Sequence record: OU343167.1
Direction: 5' to 3' (one strand)
DNA length: 64,000 nt
A model generated the notes under the pieces. The model did no database searches, was not told the DNA's origin, and saw only the letters and a list, made by a program, of their open reading frames with translations. Position 1 is the first letter of the stretch; every line of letters starts with the position of its first letter. Of this stretch, positions 31,066 through 41,152 are shown piece after piece. Made by a program: the position numbers and the translations under genes.

Positions 31066-31432
31066 GACGATATTCGTGAGGCTATCCATGGATGTTCTTT
31101 ATGGACCTCGTAGTCGGCAAATAGAAGCATGGGCAGATTTGGTTGGCTTCACGGTATCCGATATCAACTCATTAGCTATATTGATGGCTGAGGCTGATAT
31201 AGGTCACGGAACTGATCTCGATGACGATGCAATTATCACTGAAGTTTTTATGGATTCAGATATTGGTAAATGTATCGTTAGGACAATCCGACGACAAATA
31301 AAAGAGATAATATCATACCTTCCAACCGATACCATTGAACTTCGTTACTTAAGAACTTATGGAGATGCAGTGTATGTTATCGCCACCCGCGTCCCTAGTC
31401 TTCTCAATGGACCTGGGAATATTCTTCCCTAA
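31058..31432 (+). CDS. Hypothetical protein (124 aa)
   Basis: Overlapping operon gene with a GGGG SD-like element. Confidence 0.65.
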   Translation: MRETIFVRLSMDVLYGPRSRQIEAWADLVGFTVSDINSLAILMAEADIGHGTDLDDDAIITEVFMDSDIGKCIVRTIRRQIKEIISYLPTDTIELRYLRTYGDAVYVIATRVPSLLNGPGNILP

Positions 31433-31844
31433 TTACAACGAGCTTGAAAGATTACATCGAGTGATCTACAAGAAGAAAGAGTTCAAGGGCTACGGTCCAG
31501 GAGGAGTATGGGATGACGTTATAACTTGGGTACTTAGTGTATCTAAGGCGTTAAATGAAAATCCAGAGGTAATACCAAAGGATGTTACCATACCAAATTT
31601 TAGTTATAATGGTAAACTAGCGGAACGATATCAGGAGTTGTTTCTAGAGCACGCGATCATATTTCTGAAAGCATTACCACGAGGAATTGTTAGTATATTC
31701 CCGATAATGTTTAAAGGAACAGCTGCTAGATTTCTGCTAGAGTACTATGGGAGTAAGTGGCAACAGCATGCGATCGTTACTGGTTTTCGAATCGAAGACT
31801 TTAACCGACCAGTTGGTAAAGGAAGAAAACGCGCTTCTAGTTAA
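31407..31844 (+). CDS. Hypothetical protein (~145 aa)
   Basis: Operon gene; start uncertain. Confidence 0.6.
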   Translation: MDLGIFFPNYNELERLHRVIYKKKEFKGYGPGGVWDDVITWVLSVSKALNENPEVIPKDVTIPNFSYNGKLAERYQELFLEHAIIFLKALPRGIVSIFPIMFKGTAARFLLEYYGSKWQQHAIVTGFRIEDFNRPVGKGRKRASS

Positions 31845-32199
31845 GCGTGTGCTGGCTTACTTTGCCGACTGTGTTCGGCAGTACGTCGGGCACTTAAACC
31901 TACCGAGCTGGGATGGCTATTATGAGCTCTATCTGGAGGATTCTTATTTATCTCTTATTAGTGAAGATTTTGATGGTCAGGACATCATAAAGACAATTAA
32001 CGACGATGGTGAAGCTGTCGATTGGCGCCTCCGTTTTCGAGAATTGATGGATGTCTGTGTAAATGCCTATAAGGACGATATGGTATCTACCCTACGTTCG
32101 TTCCAGTCAAAATCAGAGATAATTTCTACTGTGAACATAGTAGGTTATGACAAATACAAACTCTCAATAATGGTGATCTCCATGGAGGCCCCTAAATGA
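31747..32199 (+). CDS. Hypothetical protein (<=150 aa)
   Basis: Operon gene; start uncertain. Confidence 0.6.
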   Translation: MGVSGNSMRSLLVFESKTLTDQLVKEENALLVKRVLAYFADCVRQYVGHLNLPSWDGYYELYLEDSYLSLISEDFDGQDIIKTINDDGEAVDWRLRFRELMDVCVNAYKDDMVSTLRSFQSKSEIISTVNIVGYDKYKLSIMVISMEAPK

Positions 32200-32990
32200 A
32201 TGTCCAAGAAATGCATCGAGCGATACCCGACATCTTCAATCCGGATGGCACTGTCGATATTATGGCAGTAGCTAATCGCACCCAGTACATCACCCCAACA
32301 CATATCCAAGAATCTGCTGGTCCCCGTACTTGCGGGATCATGATCAACTCTAAAGTGATTGATCGTCAGATTGTTCAGATGACAGATGTTGTCCGGAACA
32401 AGATGTTACAGACACATGTACCAAAAAACGAAGACGATCATGTAGCAGAAGAAGATTCTGTTATTGCACTCATGCAAGACTGTGTTAACAAACACGTCGA
32501 ATATATCCTAACTGCCCCAGCTAAGGAAAACGTAGGTTTTGTACACTACGTAGAAGAATATTTCCCGAGCATTAAGAATGATCTTATTAATGACTCTACA
32601 ACTATGCTTTATCTTGAAGCTAAGTTTGCAGAGACAACGGGAATGCTCGGAGAATGTCTTCAACCAGCGATCGCTGATTTGGAAAATAATGGTTGTTTAA
32701 TCGATAAGATAGAGAACTTTGCTGTTGGTCAGTACGACAGCTATTATGTTCTGGTCGGTGACAATCCTGACGCTCCATACACAGATGATCCGGCCGATGG
32801 TCCACATGTACGTGAACCTTACAATTCTAATGACAATCCGTATCGCGAACAAGCTCGTCTTGAACGTGAACAGGAGCTACAGCTTGCAATGCTGCCGCCA
32901 GAGGATCGTGAGTCATATTTGCGTACAATTAATTCACCCCTTAGCGTAACTAAAGAACAAATCGGGTTGGGATTGAACGATGATACATGA
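32196..32990 (+). CDS. Hypothetical protein (264 aa)
   Basis: GGAGG SD; ATGA overlap. Confidence 0.8.
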   Translation: MNVQEMHRAIPDIFNPDGTVDIMAVANRTQYITPTHIQESAGPRTCGIMINSKVIDRQIVQMTDVVRNKMLQTHVPKNEDDHVAEEDSVIALMQDCVNKHVEYILTAPAKENVGFVHYVEEYFPSIKNDLINDSTTMLYLEAKFAETTGMLGECLQPAIADLENNGCLIDKIENFAVGQYDSYYVLVGDNPDAPYTDDPADGPHVREPYNSNDNPYREQARLEREQELQLAMLPPEDRESYLRTINSPLSVTKEQIGLGLNDDT

Positions 32991-33405
32991 TCTTGTCATA
33001 GCTGGTACAATTGCAGGAGCTCAGTATGCAGAGAGATTCGGATTGCGGTTCTATCAGGATCGTTGGATGGATGAGCGGGATAAAAAGGAAGTAGATGATT
33101 CCCTGGAAGACGAATTAGCTGCAACTGTAGGTAAAGATATTAAGTTGCCGGTTGATCAAATCCGTAAGCGCGTCCTGTTCTATTTTCAACGAGAAGTAAT
33201 GAACAATTTCGGGATACATATTCTCGAATCAGCCGGCGCTACGGACGATCTGTTAGACGACGATGATATCAACGTGGTTGAGATGTATAAAGTCTTTAAA
33301 GAGTTTACACTGAATAACCCGTTATTAGACGTTCTGTCAATGTGGCCGATTGATATGAATGGATCGTTTGCATTCGTGGTTTCGCGCAAACCTATGAGTG
33401 CTTAA
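32980..33405 (+). CDS. Hypothetical protein (141 aa)
   Basis: Overlapping operon gene. Confidence 0.7.
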   Translation: MIHDLVIAGTIAGAQYAERFGLRFYQDRWMDERDKKEVDDSLEDELAATVGKDIKLPVDQIRKRVLFYFQREVMNNFGIHILESAGATDDLLDDDDINVVEMYKVFKEFTLNNPLLDVLSMWPIDMNGSFAFVVSRKPMSA

Positions 33406-33428
33406 CAATCAGTTCAACGGAGTCAATC

Positions 33429-33836
33429 ATGCCATCCATTCGTGACGTAGCAATTGGCCAGAAAATCAGTTTTGAAGTTTATCCGTCTGCACAATACGGA
33501 AACAACTTTAAGAATGTAACACTGGCCGCATTCCTAGACGCAAATCTTGTACGTATCCTGGGTTTCGATTTAATCGCCGCTCACCAAAACGTGTATCCGA
33601 CTCTCCCAGCGGGTACACCAAACGATCCATCGCAGTACAGTTATGTACGCGTTGAATTTGAAGGTGGGCAGCACCAGTATATTGGTATTCCATGGATTCG
33701 TGAAGGAAGTGTGGTCGTCAACAACGGTCAGAAAGCTACCTTAGTATTCCAGAATATCGATCAACGACGTTTGGAACGAATCATCGAAGCTTGCAAGATG
33801 AATAACGAAGTTCCAGATTCAGTTGTCTTGGAATAA
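33429..33836 (+). CDS. Conserved phiKZ-like hypothetical protein (135 aa)
   Basis: GGAG SD; GIPWI motif; terminator follows. Confidence 0.75.
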   Translation: MPSIRDVAIGQKISFEVYPSAQYGNNFKNVTLAAFLDANLVRILGFDLIAAHQNVYPTLPAGTPNDPSQYSYVRVEFEGGQHQYIGIPWIREGSVVVNNGQKATLVFQNIDQRRLERIIEACKMNNEVPDSVVLE

Positions 33837-33837
33837 A

Positions 33838-33871
33838 CATAGTGCCCTCCACTCGGAGGGCATATATGTCG
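33838..33871 (+). terminator. Intrinsic terminator
   Basis: CATAGTGCCCTCC-actc-GGAGGGCATATATGTCG. Confidence 0.8.
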
Positions 33872-34017
33872 TTGCGAACTTTTACCTTATGGCACATCAA
33901 TATGTGAAAGTAATTTGATGTGCTACCGCTCAATCTTTGGACATCCATTGGGTGTCCTAATTTTTTTCCGTTTTAGCGTAGCCATCTCTTGAAAGATCAA
34001 ATTTTAAGAGAGGAAAT

Positions 34018-36168
34018 ATGAACCAGTGCAGTATGCCTAACCCGTTCATTCTCCCGGTCGATGAATATGCCCGTGACTTGAACATCATTGAAGGATACCT
34101 CAATGATCAGGCTCTTTATATCTCGGCAATGACGGGAGATGATTTTGAAACCTGTCTGGAGTTTGTAAAAGAACAATCTCGTCCTCAAGGTCAATTTGCC
34201 TTGAATAATCCAAAAACCTTGGTGGTTGATAAAAACCCCCATGGTGACCGTAGTCTTAAAGAAACCACTTTTATGGGTTTTCTTGGACGCGTAGAAAAAC
34301 AGAATCTTTTGCTGTCGCCGAGTATGACTGTGTATCTCCCAGAATCACAGCGACAGTCTACACACTCGCAGTATATTGCTGAAGGTGTTGCTAACCGTAA
34401 ACGTGTAAAGAAAGAACAAATGCGACTGGAGGGTGAAGGTACTCCTGAAGCAGCAGAACTTGCCCAGGTTCGTAAAGGCGAACAAGAGAACTTCAAAATT
34501 AACAATAACTCCTATAGTGGAGCAACCGTATCAGCTGCAACAATTCTGTATTACAAGTCGACTCACTCCAGTTTGACATCGACCTGCCGTACAGCAACCT
34601 CGTATGCTAACGCTAACAACGAGAAGTTCATCACCGGTAACCGTCACTATTATAGTCCGGAAATCACCAAGGCTAATCTTCTGTCGATTGCTAACAACAC
34701 CGACATGAAGAAGTTGAAAGATTGCATCGAACATTTCAACATGCACTATCCGACTCCGGAAGAAGTGGTTGAGATGGTTCTGTATTCGACGGCGCACTAT
34801 TGGCAGAACCGTGACTACACCGAACAGATTCGGATGTTGGTTACTGGCTTCACACCACTACAACGTGCTGCTGTTATGTACGTAGGTGATCTGTATCATA
34901 CTTACAAACATAACAAAACTTTGATTCGCGGTTTCCTGACTGAGCTTGCTAAAGTAGGTACCGATGAACAAAAGGTTACCAAAGAAGTTTACAACACTTA
35001 CGATGGTGACCTCCAACTGTTGGCTAACTTCATCTGCTTTGACTTGGTTAAAGGTCGTAACTACGACAAGCTGAGTAAAGAGTCTCCTGAAGTATTCGAC
35101 AAGATCTATGCAACAGGTAAGAACATCTCTGATACGCTGTGGAAATACAAGCGTCTTATTGATGCACTATTGCTGACCAAGAACGTTCCTTCCAGCATTC
35201 ATGCTTTCCCAACTGCTTATCGTCGTGCAGCTGTTATTTCCGATACAGACTCGACCATGTTCACGATGCAGTATTGGGTAGAAGAGTTCTTTGGTAAGAT
35301 CACTTTCACTGACGAAGCCAAGCGTCTAGTGTTTGCGTTGGTATTCTTGGTGTCGTGTGTTGTAGCACACATTCTAGCGATTCAATCGGCTAATATGGGC
35401 GTATCGAAAGAGAAGCTCCGCCTGCTCGCTATGAAGAACGAATATTACTTCGCGGTACTTTCCCTGACCACACGTTCAAAACACTACTACGCGTCTCAAG
35501 ATGCACAAGAGGGTGTTATGTTTGCTAAAGCACGTATGGAAGTTAAAGGTGTCGGCCTTCGAGATTCTAAAGTTCCACCGAAGATTAACAAGACCGCTAA
35601 GCGAATGATGGATGATATTATTAAATCCATTAAAGCTGAAACACCTTTAGATCTACCAGCAATGTTGAAAGAAGTAGCAGATCTGGAAAGAGACATTATC
35701 GCATCTGTACGTTCTGGTAAAGCTGAATATCTTACCACTGGTAAGTGTAAGAAAATAGATGCATACAAATCTGAAGATAATGCCACTTATGCCAAACATA
35801 CTTTCTGGAAAGAAGTATGCAGTCCATCCTTTGGTGAGATTGAAGAACCACCTTATAGTTTCGTAAAGATTTCTGTAACGGTGGACAACAGAACCCGTTT
35901 TAACGAATGGGTTGAATCCATCGAAGATAAAGGCTTGGCCATGCGTCTAAAACGCTGGGCTATGGAAAATAAGAAGACTGGTATTACCAACTTCCATGTT
36001 CCAATGTCTGTTGTAGAAAACCGTGGTATCCCAGATGAGATCACACGTGTAGCGGATGTTCGTACGATCATCTCCAACACGATGGGTGTCTTCTATCTGA
36101 TCTTTGAATCTTTGGGTATCTTCCTGATCGATAAAGGTAACACTCGTTTGATTTCCGATTTCTATTAA
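34018..36168 (+). CDS. B-family DNA polymerase, catalytic/C-terminal subunit of the split phiKZ-type polymerase (gp50-like)
   Basis: KINNNSYSG (motif B-like), ISDTDS (motif C), VKGVG. No exonuclease domain is visible, consistent with the known two-gene PolB of phiKZ-like phages. Confidence 0.85.
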   Translation: MNQCSMPNPFILPVDEYARDLNIIEGYLNDQALYISAMTGDDFETCLEFVKEQSRPQGQFALNNPKTLVVDKNPHGDRSLKETTFMGFLGRVEKQNLLLSPSMTVYLPESQRQSTHSQYIAEGVANRKRVKKEQMRLEGEGTPEAAELAQVRKGEQENFKINNNSYSGATVSAATILYYKSTHSSLTSTCRTATSYANANNEKFITGNRHYYSPEITKANLLSIANNTDMKKLKDCIEHFNMHYPTPEEVVEMVLYSTAHYWQNRDYTEQIRMLVTGFTPLQRAAVMYVGDLYHTYKHNKTLIRGFLTELAKVGTDEQKVTKEVYNTYDGDLQLLANFICFDLVKGRNYDKLSKESPEVFDKIYATGKNISDTLWKYKRLIDALLLTKNVPSSIHAFPTAYRRAAVISDTDSTMFTMQYWVEEFFGKITFTDEAKRLVFALVFLVSCVVAHILAIQSANMGVSKEKLRLLAMKNEYYFAVLSLTTRSKHYYASQDAQEGVMFAKARMEVKGVGLRDSKVPPKINKTAKRMMDDIIKSIKAETPLDLPAMLKEVADLERDIIASVRSGKAEYLTTGKCKKIDAYKSEDNATYAKHTFWKEVCSPSFGEIEEPPYSFVKISVTVDNRTRFNEWVESIEDKGLAMRLKRWAMENKKTGITNFHVPMSVVENRGIPDEITRVADVRTIISNTMGVFYLIFESLGIFLIDKGNTRLISDFY

Positions 36169-36178
36169 GAGGTGAATA

Positions 36179-36343
36179 ATGAGCGATCCTGAATTGAAAA
36201 TGATCTATGAACGTATGCGTAAATTCACGTTTAATAAAGATGTGGTTATCGTTACAGCCAAGCAACCATGTAACGACCGCATAGTCCGTAGTGGTATTGA
36301 GTTCAAGGGACCGATCATTATTGATTACATCGGAAAACTTTAA
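36179..36343 (+). CDS. Small hypothetical protein (54 aa; not in ORF track)
   Basis: GAGGTG SD, MSDPELKMIYERMRK...; terminator directly after. Confidence 0.6.
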   Translation: MSDPELKMIYERMRKFTFNKDVVIVTAKQPCNDRIVRSGIEFKGPIIIDYIGKL

Positions 36344-36348
36344 ACCAG

Positions 36349-36376
36349 AGGAGTCCTTCGGGACTCCTTTATGTCG
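36349..36376 (+). terminator. Intrinsic terminator
   Basis: GAGGAGTCC-ttcg-GGACTCCTTTATGTCG. Confidence 0.8.
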
Positions 36377-36397
36377 TAAATCCACAGATGAGAAAAT

Positions 36398-37567
36398 ATG
36401 ATGTATAATTCCAATCCAACGCAAAATAAAGAAGTTGTATCTTTTCCTTTCGGTACTTACAATGTACTGGATGGTAATCTATGTGGTGAGATTGCTCAAC
36501 CTGGAGCTAGCCGTTTCGCAAAGATCTGTACACTTGGCTTAGACTACCCCTATATGGAACAAGCATTACTGTTGGATTACAACATGTACTGCCATTTTGA
36601 TGTTGCTCTACGTCAGGCATTCGCTCCGGAAGGCAAACTGATTACAGATTCTTACTCGGGTTATACACTTGCAGGATATCTACCGGATGAACTCCAAGAA
36701 TTAGATGATCTTATCGCTAACTTCATGAAAGAACATGAAGAACTCTCTAAGGATCAACTAGAAACTCTTTGGGCTGGCATGACCCTGGTTCGTCGTAGCT
36801 GGGTATTGCATGGTACAAGATCGACAACTTCGCAAAGCCAAAGACTATGGACCCAGTACAATAACCTGATCAGCAAAAACGGTGAACTACCTGGTACACG
36901 ACATGAGGCACTTATGAAAAAGATACCCACCTACGATACCGAATGTAATGAAATGCCAAAGTTCGATGGTATCGTTACTCCTCCTGAATGGTTGAGTATA
37001 AACAACGTTTTCACCAAGGGCTTCAAACCGGGCGAACTCCAAATCATTTCCTCTCCTGTATTGGACGACATTCCCAAAACGAATAGCCGTCTCTACATGT
37101 ACAATAAACTTCGTGAACTAGGACATAACAACATCATGTTGGAATCTACTGATACTGAATCTGCAATGTCTACTGACCTTCTGGAACAACACCTGAGCAA
37201 AATGGAAACTGTTGAAGCTGAGCCGACCGAAATCGATTCGATCGAATCCCGCATGCGCACCCGCCGTAAGAAAAAGAAAGGTGCCAAGCGTTCCAAGCAT
37301 ATCACCAACTGTAAGTCCGGTATGGTGAAAGCTTTGATGGGTGGATCTATTTTGGCTAAGCTGAGTCAGATTCAAACTCAGACCCAAGATGGTATTAAAC
37401 GTGAGATCCTCAAGAACCATACCTTGAGTTCTTTCGTTGAAACTGTTTCCGGCGAGGCTATCCCTGAGTATCAGAAACGTCTCCTGGATAAGTTCCAAGA
37501 GCGTGCTGATAGTAAACCCCTGAAACCTGTTGAGGAAGTCTCTGTACAGGACGGTGAACAGGTTTAA
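36398..37567 (+). CDS. Hypothetical protein (389 aa)
   Basis: Long ORF with a polybasic RTRRKKKKGAKRSK stretch. Confidence 0.75.
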   Translation: MMYNSNPTQNKEVVSFPFGTYNVLDGNLCGEIAQPGASRFAKICTLGLDYPYMEQALLLDYNMYCHFDVALRQAFAPEGKLITDSYSGYTLAGYLPDELQELDDLIANFMKEHEELSKDQLETLWAGMTLVRRSWVLHGTRSTTSQSQRLWTQYNNLISKNGELPGTRHEALMKKIPTYDTECNEMPKFDGIVTPPEWLSINNVFTKGFKPGELQIISSPVLDDIPKTNSRLYMYNKLRELGHNNIMLESTDTESAMSTDLLEQHLSKMETVEAEPTEIDSIESRMRTRRKKKKGAKRSKHITNCKSGMVKALMGGSILAKLSQIQTQTQDGIKREILKNHTLSSFVETVSGEAIPEYQKRLLDKFQERADSKPLKPVEEVSVQDGEQV

Positions 37568-37574
37568 CTTAAAC

Positions 37575-37601
37575 GCCCAGCTTAAGCTGGGCTTTATGTC
37601 G
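37575..37601 (+). terminator. Intrinsic terminator
   Basis: GCCCAGC-ttaa-GCTGGGC-TTTATGTCG, near-identical to 13885. Confidence 0.8.
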
Positions 37602-37609
37602 AGGTTAAT

Positions 37610-38032
37610 ATGATCCATAACCCAAAGGTTCATGGTCCACTACTCAGGGTTAAGAGTCATTACAATTTATCTTCTAATGACTTCGTTGTGACTGGTATGG
37701 CTGCACTAGCTGTATCAGTTAGACGGCAGATCGACCCACAACACATCTCTATTTCGATAAAGAAAGATGTATGGGATAAGCTGATCGCTAAGTACCCTAA
37801 CCTAAAAGCCGAAACTGTAAAGAACAGTATTCGTAATCAGTGTTACATTCGTTTGTTGTCGGATGTATATGCTGAGTGTGAAGACGTTCCATCTAAAGAT
37901 ATCAATTGGTATTCTGGTTATCAGTTCCTCAAGGCTAAAGTACTGAAGAAAGAACTGGTCGGTCTTCGCGCTGAGGCGACTAAGAAGAAGAATCAAGAGT
38001 TCTACGATAAACTCTTGGAACAATTCAAATAA
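37610..38032 (+). CDS. Hypothetical protein, possibly a degenerate nucleotidyltransferase fold (140 aa)
   Basis: GAGG SD. FVVTGMAALAV resembles the NTase helix motif. Confidence 0.6.
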   Translation: MIHNPKVHGPLLRVKSHYNLSSNDFVVTGMAALAVSVRRQIDPQHISISIKKDVWDKLIAKYPNLKAETVKNSIRNQCYIRLLSDVYAECEDVPSKDINWYSGYQFLKAKVLKKELVGLRAEATKKKNQEFYDKLLEQFK

Positions 38033-38063
38033 CGACATAAAGCCCCTACCTTCGGGTAGGGGC
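38033..38063. terminator. Bidirectional terminator
   Basis: CGACATAAAGCCCCTACC-ttcg-GGTAGGGGCT; core identical to 27261. Confidence 0.85.
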
Positions 38064-38069
38064 TGTTTA

Positions 38070-39155
38070 TTATGTTTTTTTCATTTCTTCAATTAGGATA
38101 GCTACATCACGACGTAGCGCTTTAACCATTTCGGTATTACCAGCGGTTTTGAAGACTTGGTCGTTGGTAGCGTCAATCAGATCGATTAATACTTCATTCA
38201 TCTGGGAACGGTCGTAACCTGGGTTCTTCTTAAGCATGGTTACTAGATACTTAATGTACGGTAGACGTGCTAAAGTGTAAGCCCATTCGTTTTGATACGT
38301 GATAGGTTCCCGAGGAATCTCCATAACTTCGAAAAGATTAGTCTTAACAATAGCAGGAGTAATCCAAGCTAGACCTTCCAGCTCTATGCCTTTAATAGAG
38401 TTCTCAAAGTTTACATTCTCTACGAGCTTATCAACCCGTGGAGTCATATCGGTTAGATAGAAAGGATGAGATACGGGGAAATTCAAACATTTGATACCCT
38501 GTGCTTGTCGAGATAACCTATTGAAGTAAGCAACATCTAAATAGCTCTCTACCATGTTGGGGAGGACGATACTCCCAACGAAGCGATAGGCATTCTCTAG
38601 TTGTTCTACACCACGTTGTTGTTGCCAACGTAACCAATAGCGATATTGAACTAACAGCATTGGAATGTTAACTGTGATAACACCGTAACCTTTACCAGCT
38701 GTAGTATTATTCATCATTGGAAGATTCACGTCTGTCCGGGTATGATAAAGATATTTAACTGGAGTCAGATCTCTCCAGCGCTTTCCGAGACCCTCCTTCT
38801 CGAACTTATCATAACTGGCAATAGCGACTTCTTCACAGTTGGGACCTAGTGTAATCCCCTTCTCATGAATCTTCCCTCTATTAATAGCTGAGGTAAGACC
38901 AAATACGCGTGATAAACCTTTAGCCTGATCTTCAACCTTCTTTGCCCAAGCGGCATCATCAATCTTCCAGTCGATGATAAAATGTTGAATCATGTTGGCG
39001 AAAATATTAGCCGAGCCAACCGCTTTGGGGGCTCGACGGTAATACGTTTTTACATCATTGATCAGTTCCCGATACGTCCTACGGAGATAGACGATCTTTG
39101 GGTCAACTGCTTGCCCTAAGCGCCGCGCTGGGGCGTCCCGGAATAGCATGTACAT
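38070..39155 (-). CDS. Conserved phiKZ-like protein (gp52-like, 361 aa)
   Basis: Minus-strand ORF at the conserved position upstream of the chimallin block. Confidence 0.65.
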   Translation of the reverse strand: MYMLFRDAPARRLGQAVDPKIVYLRRTYRELINDVKTYYRRAPKAVGSANIFANMIQHFIIDWKIDDAAWAKKVEDQAKGLSRVFGLTSAINRGKIHEKGITLGPNCEEVAIASYDKFEKEGLGKRWRDLTPVKYLYHTRTDVNLPMMNNTTAGKGYGVITVNIPMLLVQYRYWLRWQQQRGVEQLENAYRFVGSIVLPNMVESYLDVAYFNRLSRQAQGIKCLNFPVSHPFYLTDMTPRVDKLVENVNFENSIKGIELEGLAWITPAIVKTNLFEVMEIPREPITYQNEWAYTLARLPYIKYLVTMLKKNPGYDRSQMNEVLIDLIDATNDQVFKTAGNTEMVKALRRDVAILIEEMKKT

Positions 39156-39185
39156 GGTTTTCGTCCATTAGAAATTATTTCAAAT

Positions 39186-39203
39186 CTATATCATAGTTTT
39201 GAT
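39186..39203 (+). promoter_or_regulatory. Promoter variant CTATATCAT-N5-TGAT
   Basis: Same spacing as the other copies; upstream of 39237. Confidence 0.6.
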
Positions 39204-39236
39204 ATATTCACCCTAATCAAAGAAAAGGAAATTGTA

Positions 39237-40862
39237 ATGATAAATAAAGCATTGAACAGCACGTCTTCTTATAAACTTGCTGTTGTCAATAATTCGCTCA
39301 GACGTTTCTTCGAGGAAACGATGGGTCGAATTAACACGGATCTTTTCGTGATACATAACCCGAAATTTGTTAAAGCCATGTTCGATGAGATTTTGAAAAC
39401 CCTTCCGGATTTTCATGCACCCACGGACGTTATTAATAATCACATCCGTATTCAGTTCCTTAATACTGTTTCTGATCGCGTTAAAGCGATGTCTGAAAAT
39501 TTCAGTATATTTAAAGAAACATATCAGAAAAGTAATACTGGTATTCTTTTTGAAGACTGGTATTACGAGAGACAACGCGAAGGTATCATGTTGGCTCAGT
39601 CCGGTAAATACGACGAACTTATTGACAAAGTGGAGAATAGTGAGATGCAATCCAAAGACAAGAATATTGACATTAATCTTGCCGAAGCCATTACTGACTT
39701 CATCGCCAGCGTTATACCTACAGAATATCGCATGGATTTCATTGGGTACAACGGCAAGTTCGTTAAAGAACTGGCAGTTAAAGTAGCTATTGATCTGGAT
39801 ATTCGAAACCTGCCTTCGAACAAGATCCCAACTGTTGGGGAAGTACTGAACTTCCTTAATTCCAATTATAGCAAAGCTCTCGATGAACGAGCTATCGTTT
39901 ATGGGAAATATATTAACTTCTATAAACGTTGCTGTGAAGCCGGCCAGATGAATGGGATGCTGTTTGAAGATTGGTTGATCTCTACTGGTCGAATGGAGAA
40001 AAAGGAAATCAAACACGATAACCCGTACATCGTTGGTCAGTATACTTCGAAAGGTCCGATTAGTTACGCGCCCTCCCAGAAAACGAACCAACTCGGCGAT
40101 GATTTCATTGCTGAAACTCGCCTTCGTTCCGTGCCTTCTATTTTCCGTGGTGGTAATCGGATCAATACTGGGTTCGAACATGAAACAGTGAAAAGTTCGT
40201 CATACCTGCAAAACCCAGGTCTCACTGATCTCTACTATGCAGAGAGTGATAATAACAATAATGACAAACATGTAGAAGAGAATACGCATACACTTGATCG
40301 GATCTCTACTGCTTTCACGAGTGGTAAACTTTCCCCAGAGGAAGAAGCGCGTGCTGCTATCCATCGTGAATTCTCTGGTCCTTCTATTGCACAACTTCTT
40401 GTTGAAGAGGCTCAGCGTATTAGTGAAACCGCAAATAAAATTAATAAGGAAGGAGGCAATGTAAAATCGATGAAGATTGCGGCACTTTCGGCAGATAGTA
40501 TTCGCCGGGGTGAGTATTTCCGTTCTCCGCTGACTATTGTTTTCTCTTCTATCAAAGATAAGAAGGAACGAGACTGGGTATTTTCTATCGTCAAGGCGCA
40601 TGTTCGGGATTGTGTTAAAAACAACACCATCGATCCAGTGACGGCCATTCAAGGTCTTCGCAATTTGCATTCTTCCTTTATTGAAGATGACAATCGTTTT
40701 GATGACACGATGCTCACTCACATGAAAGAGTATTCTTCGGCGATTGCGCAATATGCTGATCAACTCAGTAAAGTTGTGAACATTAAGAGTGCGAAGGAAA
40801 TCTACAGTAAGTTGAAAGACTACTTGGATGATCTTGAAGACCTCCTGTCTGACGAGAAATAA
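39237..40862 (+). CDS. Hypothetical protein (541 aa; gene preceding chimallin)
   Basis: Long ORF, AAGGA SD. Confidence 0.75.
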   Translation: MINKALNSTSSYKLAVVNNSLRRFFEETMGRINTDLFVIHNPKFVKAMFDEILKTLPDFHAPTDVINNHIRIQFLNTVSDRVKAMSENFSIFKETYQKSNTGILFEDWYYERQREGIMLAQSGKYDELIDKVENSEMQSKDKNIDINLAEAITDFIASVIPTEYRMDFIGYNGKFVKELAVKVAIDLDIRNLPSNKIPTVGEVLNFLNSNYSKALDERAIVYGKYINFYKRCCEAGQMNGMLFEDWLISTGRMEKKEIKHDNPYIVGQYTSKGPISYAPSQKTNQLGDDFIAETRLRSVPSIFRGGNRINTGFEHETVKSSSYLQNPGLTDLYYAESDNNNNDKHVEENTHTLDRISTAFTSGKLSPEEEARAAIHREFSGPSIAQLLVEEAQRISETANKINKEGGNVKSMKIAALSADSIRRGEYFRSPLTIVFSSIKDKKERDWVFSIVKAHVRDCVKNNTIDPVTAIQGLRNLHSSFIEDDNRFDDTMLTHMKEYSSAIAQYADQLSKVVNIKSAKEIYSKLKDYLDDLEDLLSDEK

Positions 40863-41074
40863 GAAAAGAAATACTGGGGCTAGTTATTTAATACAGGAAA
40901 TGACCGTGAGGTCCTGACCTGCTATTTGAGCTATGCCCCAGATCACTGCATACTGAAGTTTGAATCTTAAGGAAACAAATATGTAATACAGTATGTGAAG
41001 ACTGAATGTCCTCAAATGACCTTGCTTTTATAGCGGGTCCTCCGGTCTATATTGCATTAAAAAAAATCTGAGAT

Positions 41075-41092
41075 CTATATAACAGTTTTGAA
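41075..41092 (+). promoter_or_regulatory. Chimallin promoter CTATATAAC-N5-TGAA
   Basis: Motif variant after an A9 tract, ~70 nt upstream of chmA. A second CTATATTGC lies at 41046. Confidence 0.65.
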
Positions 41093-41152
41093 TCCAATAC
41101 ACTGTTGGATCTCATTCTTGATCAAGAAACGTTACAAACATAGGAACAAATC

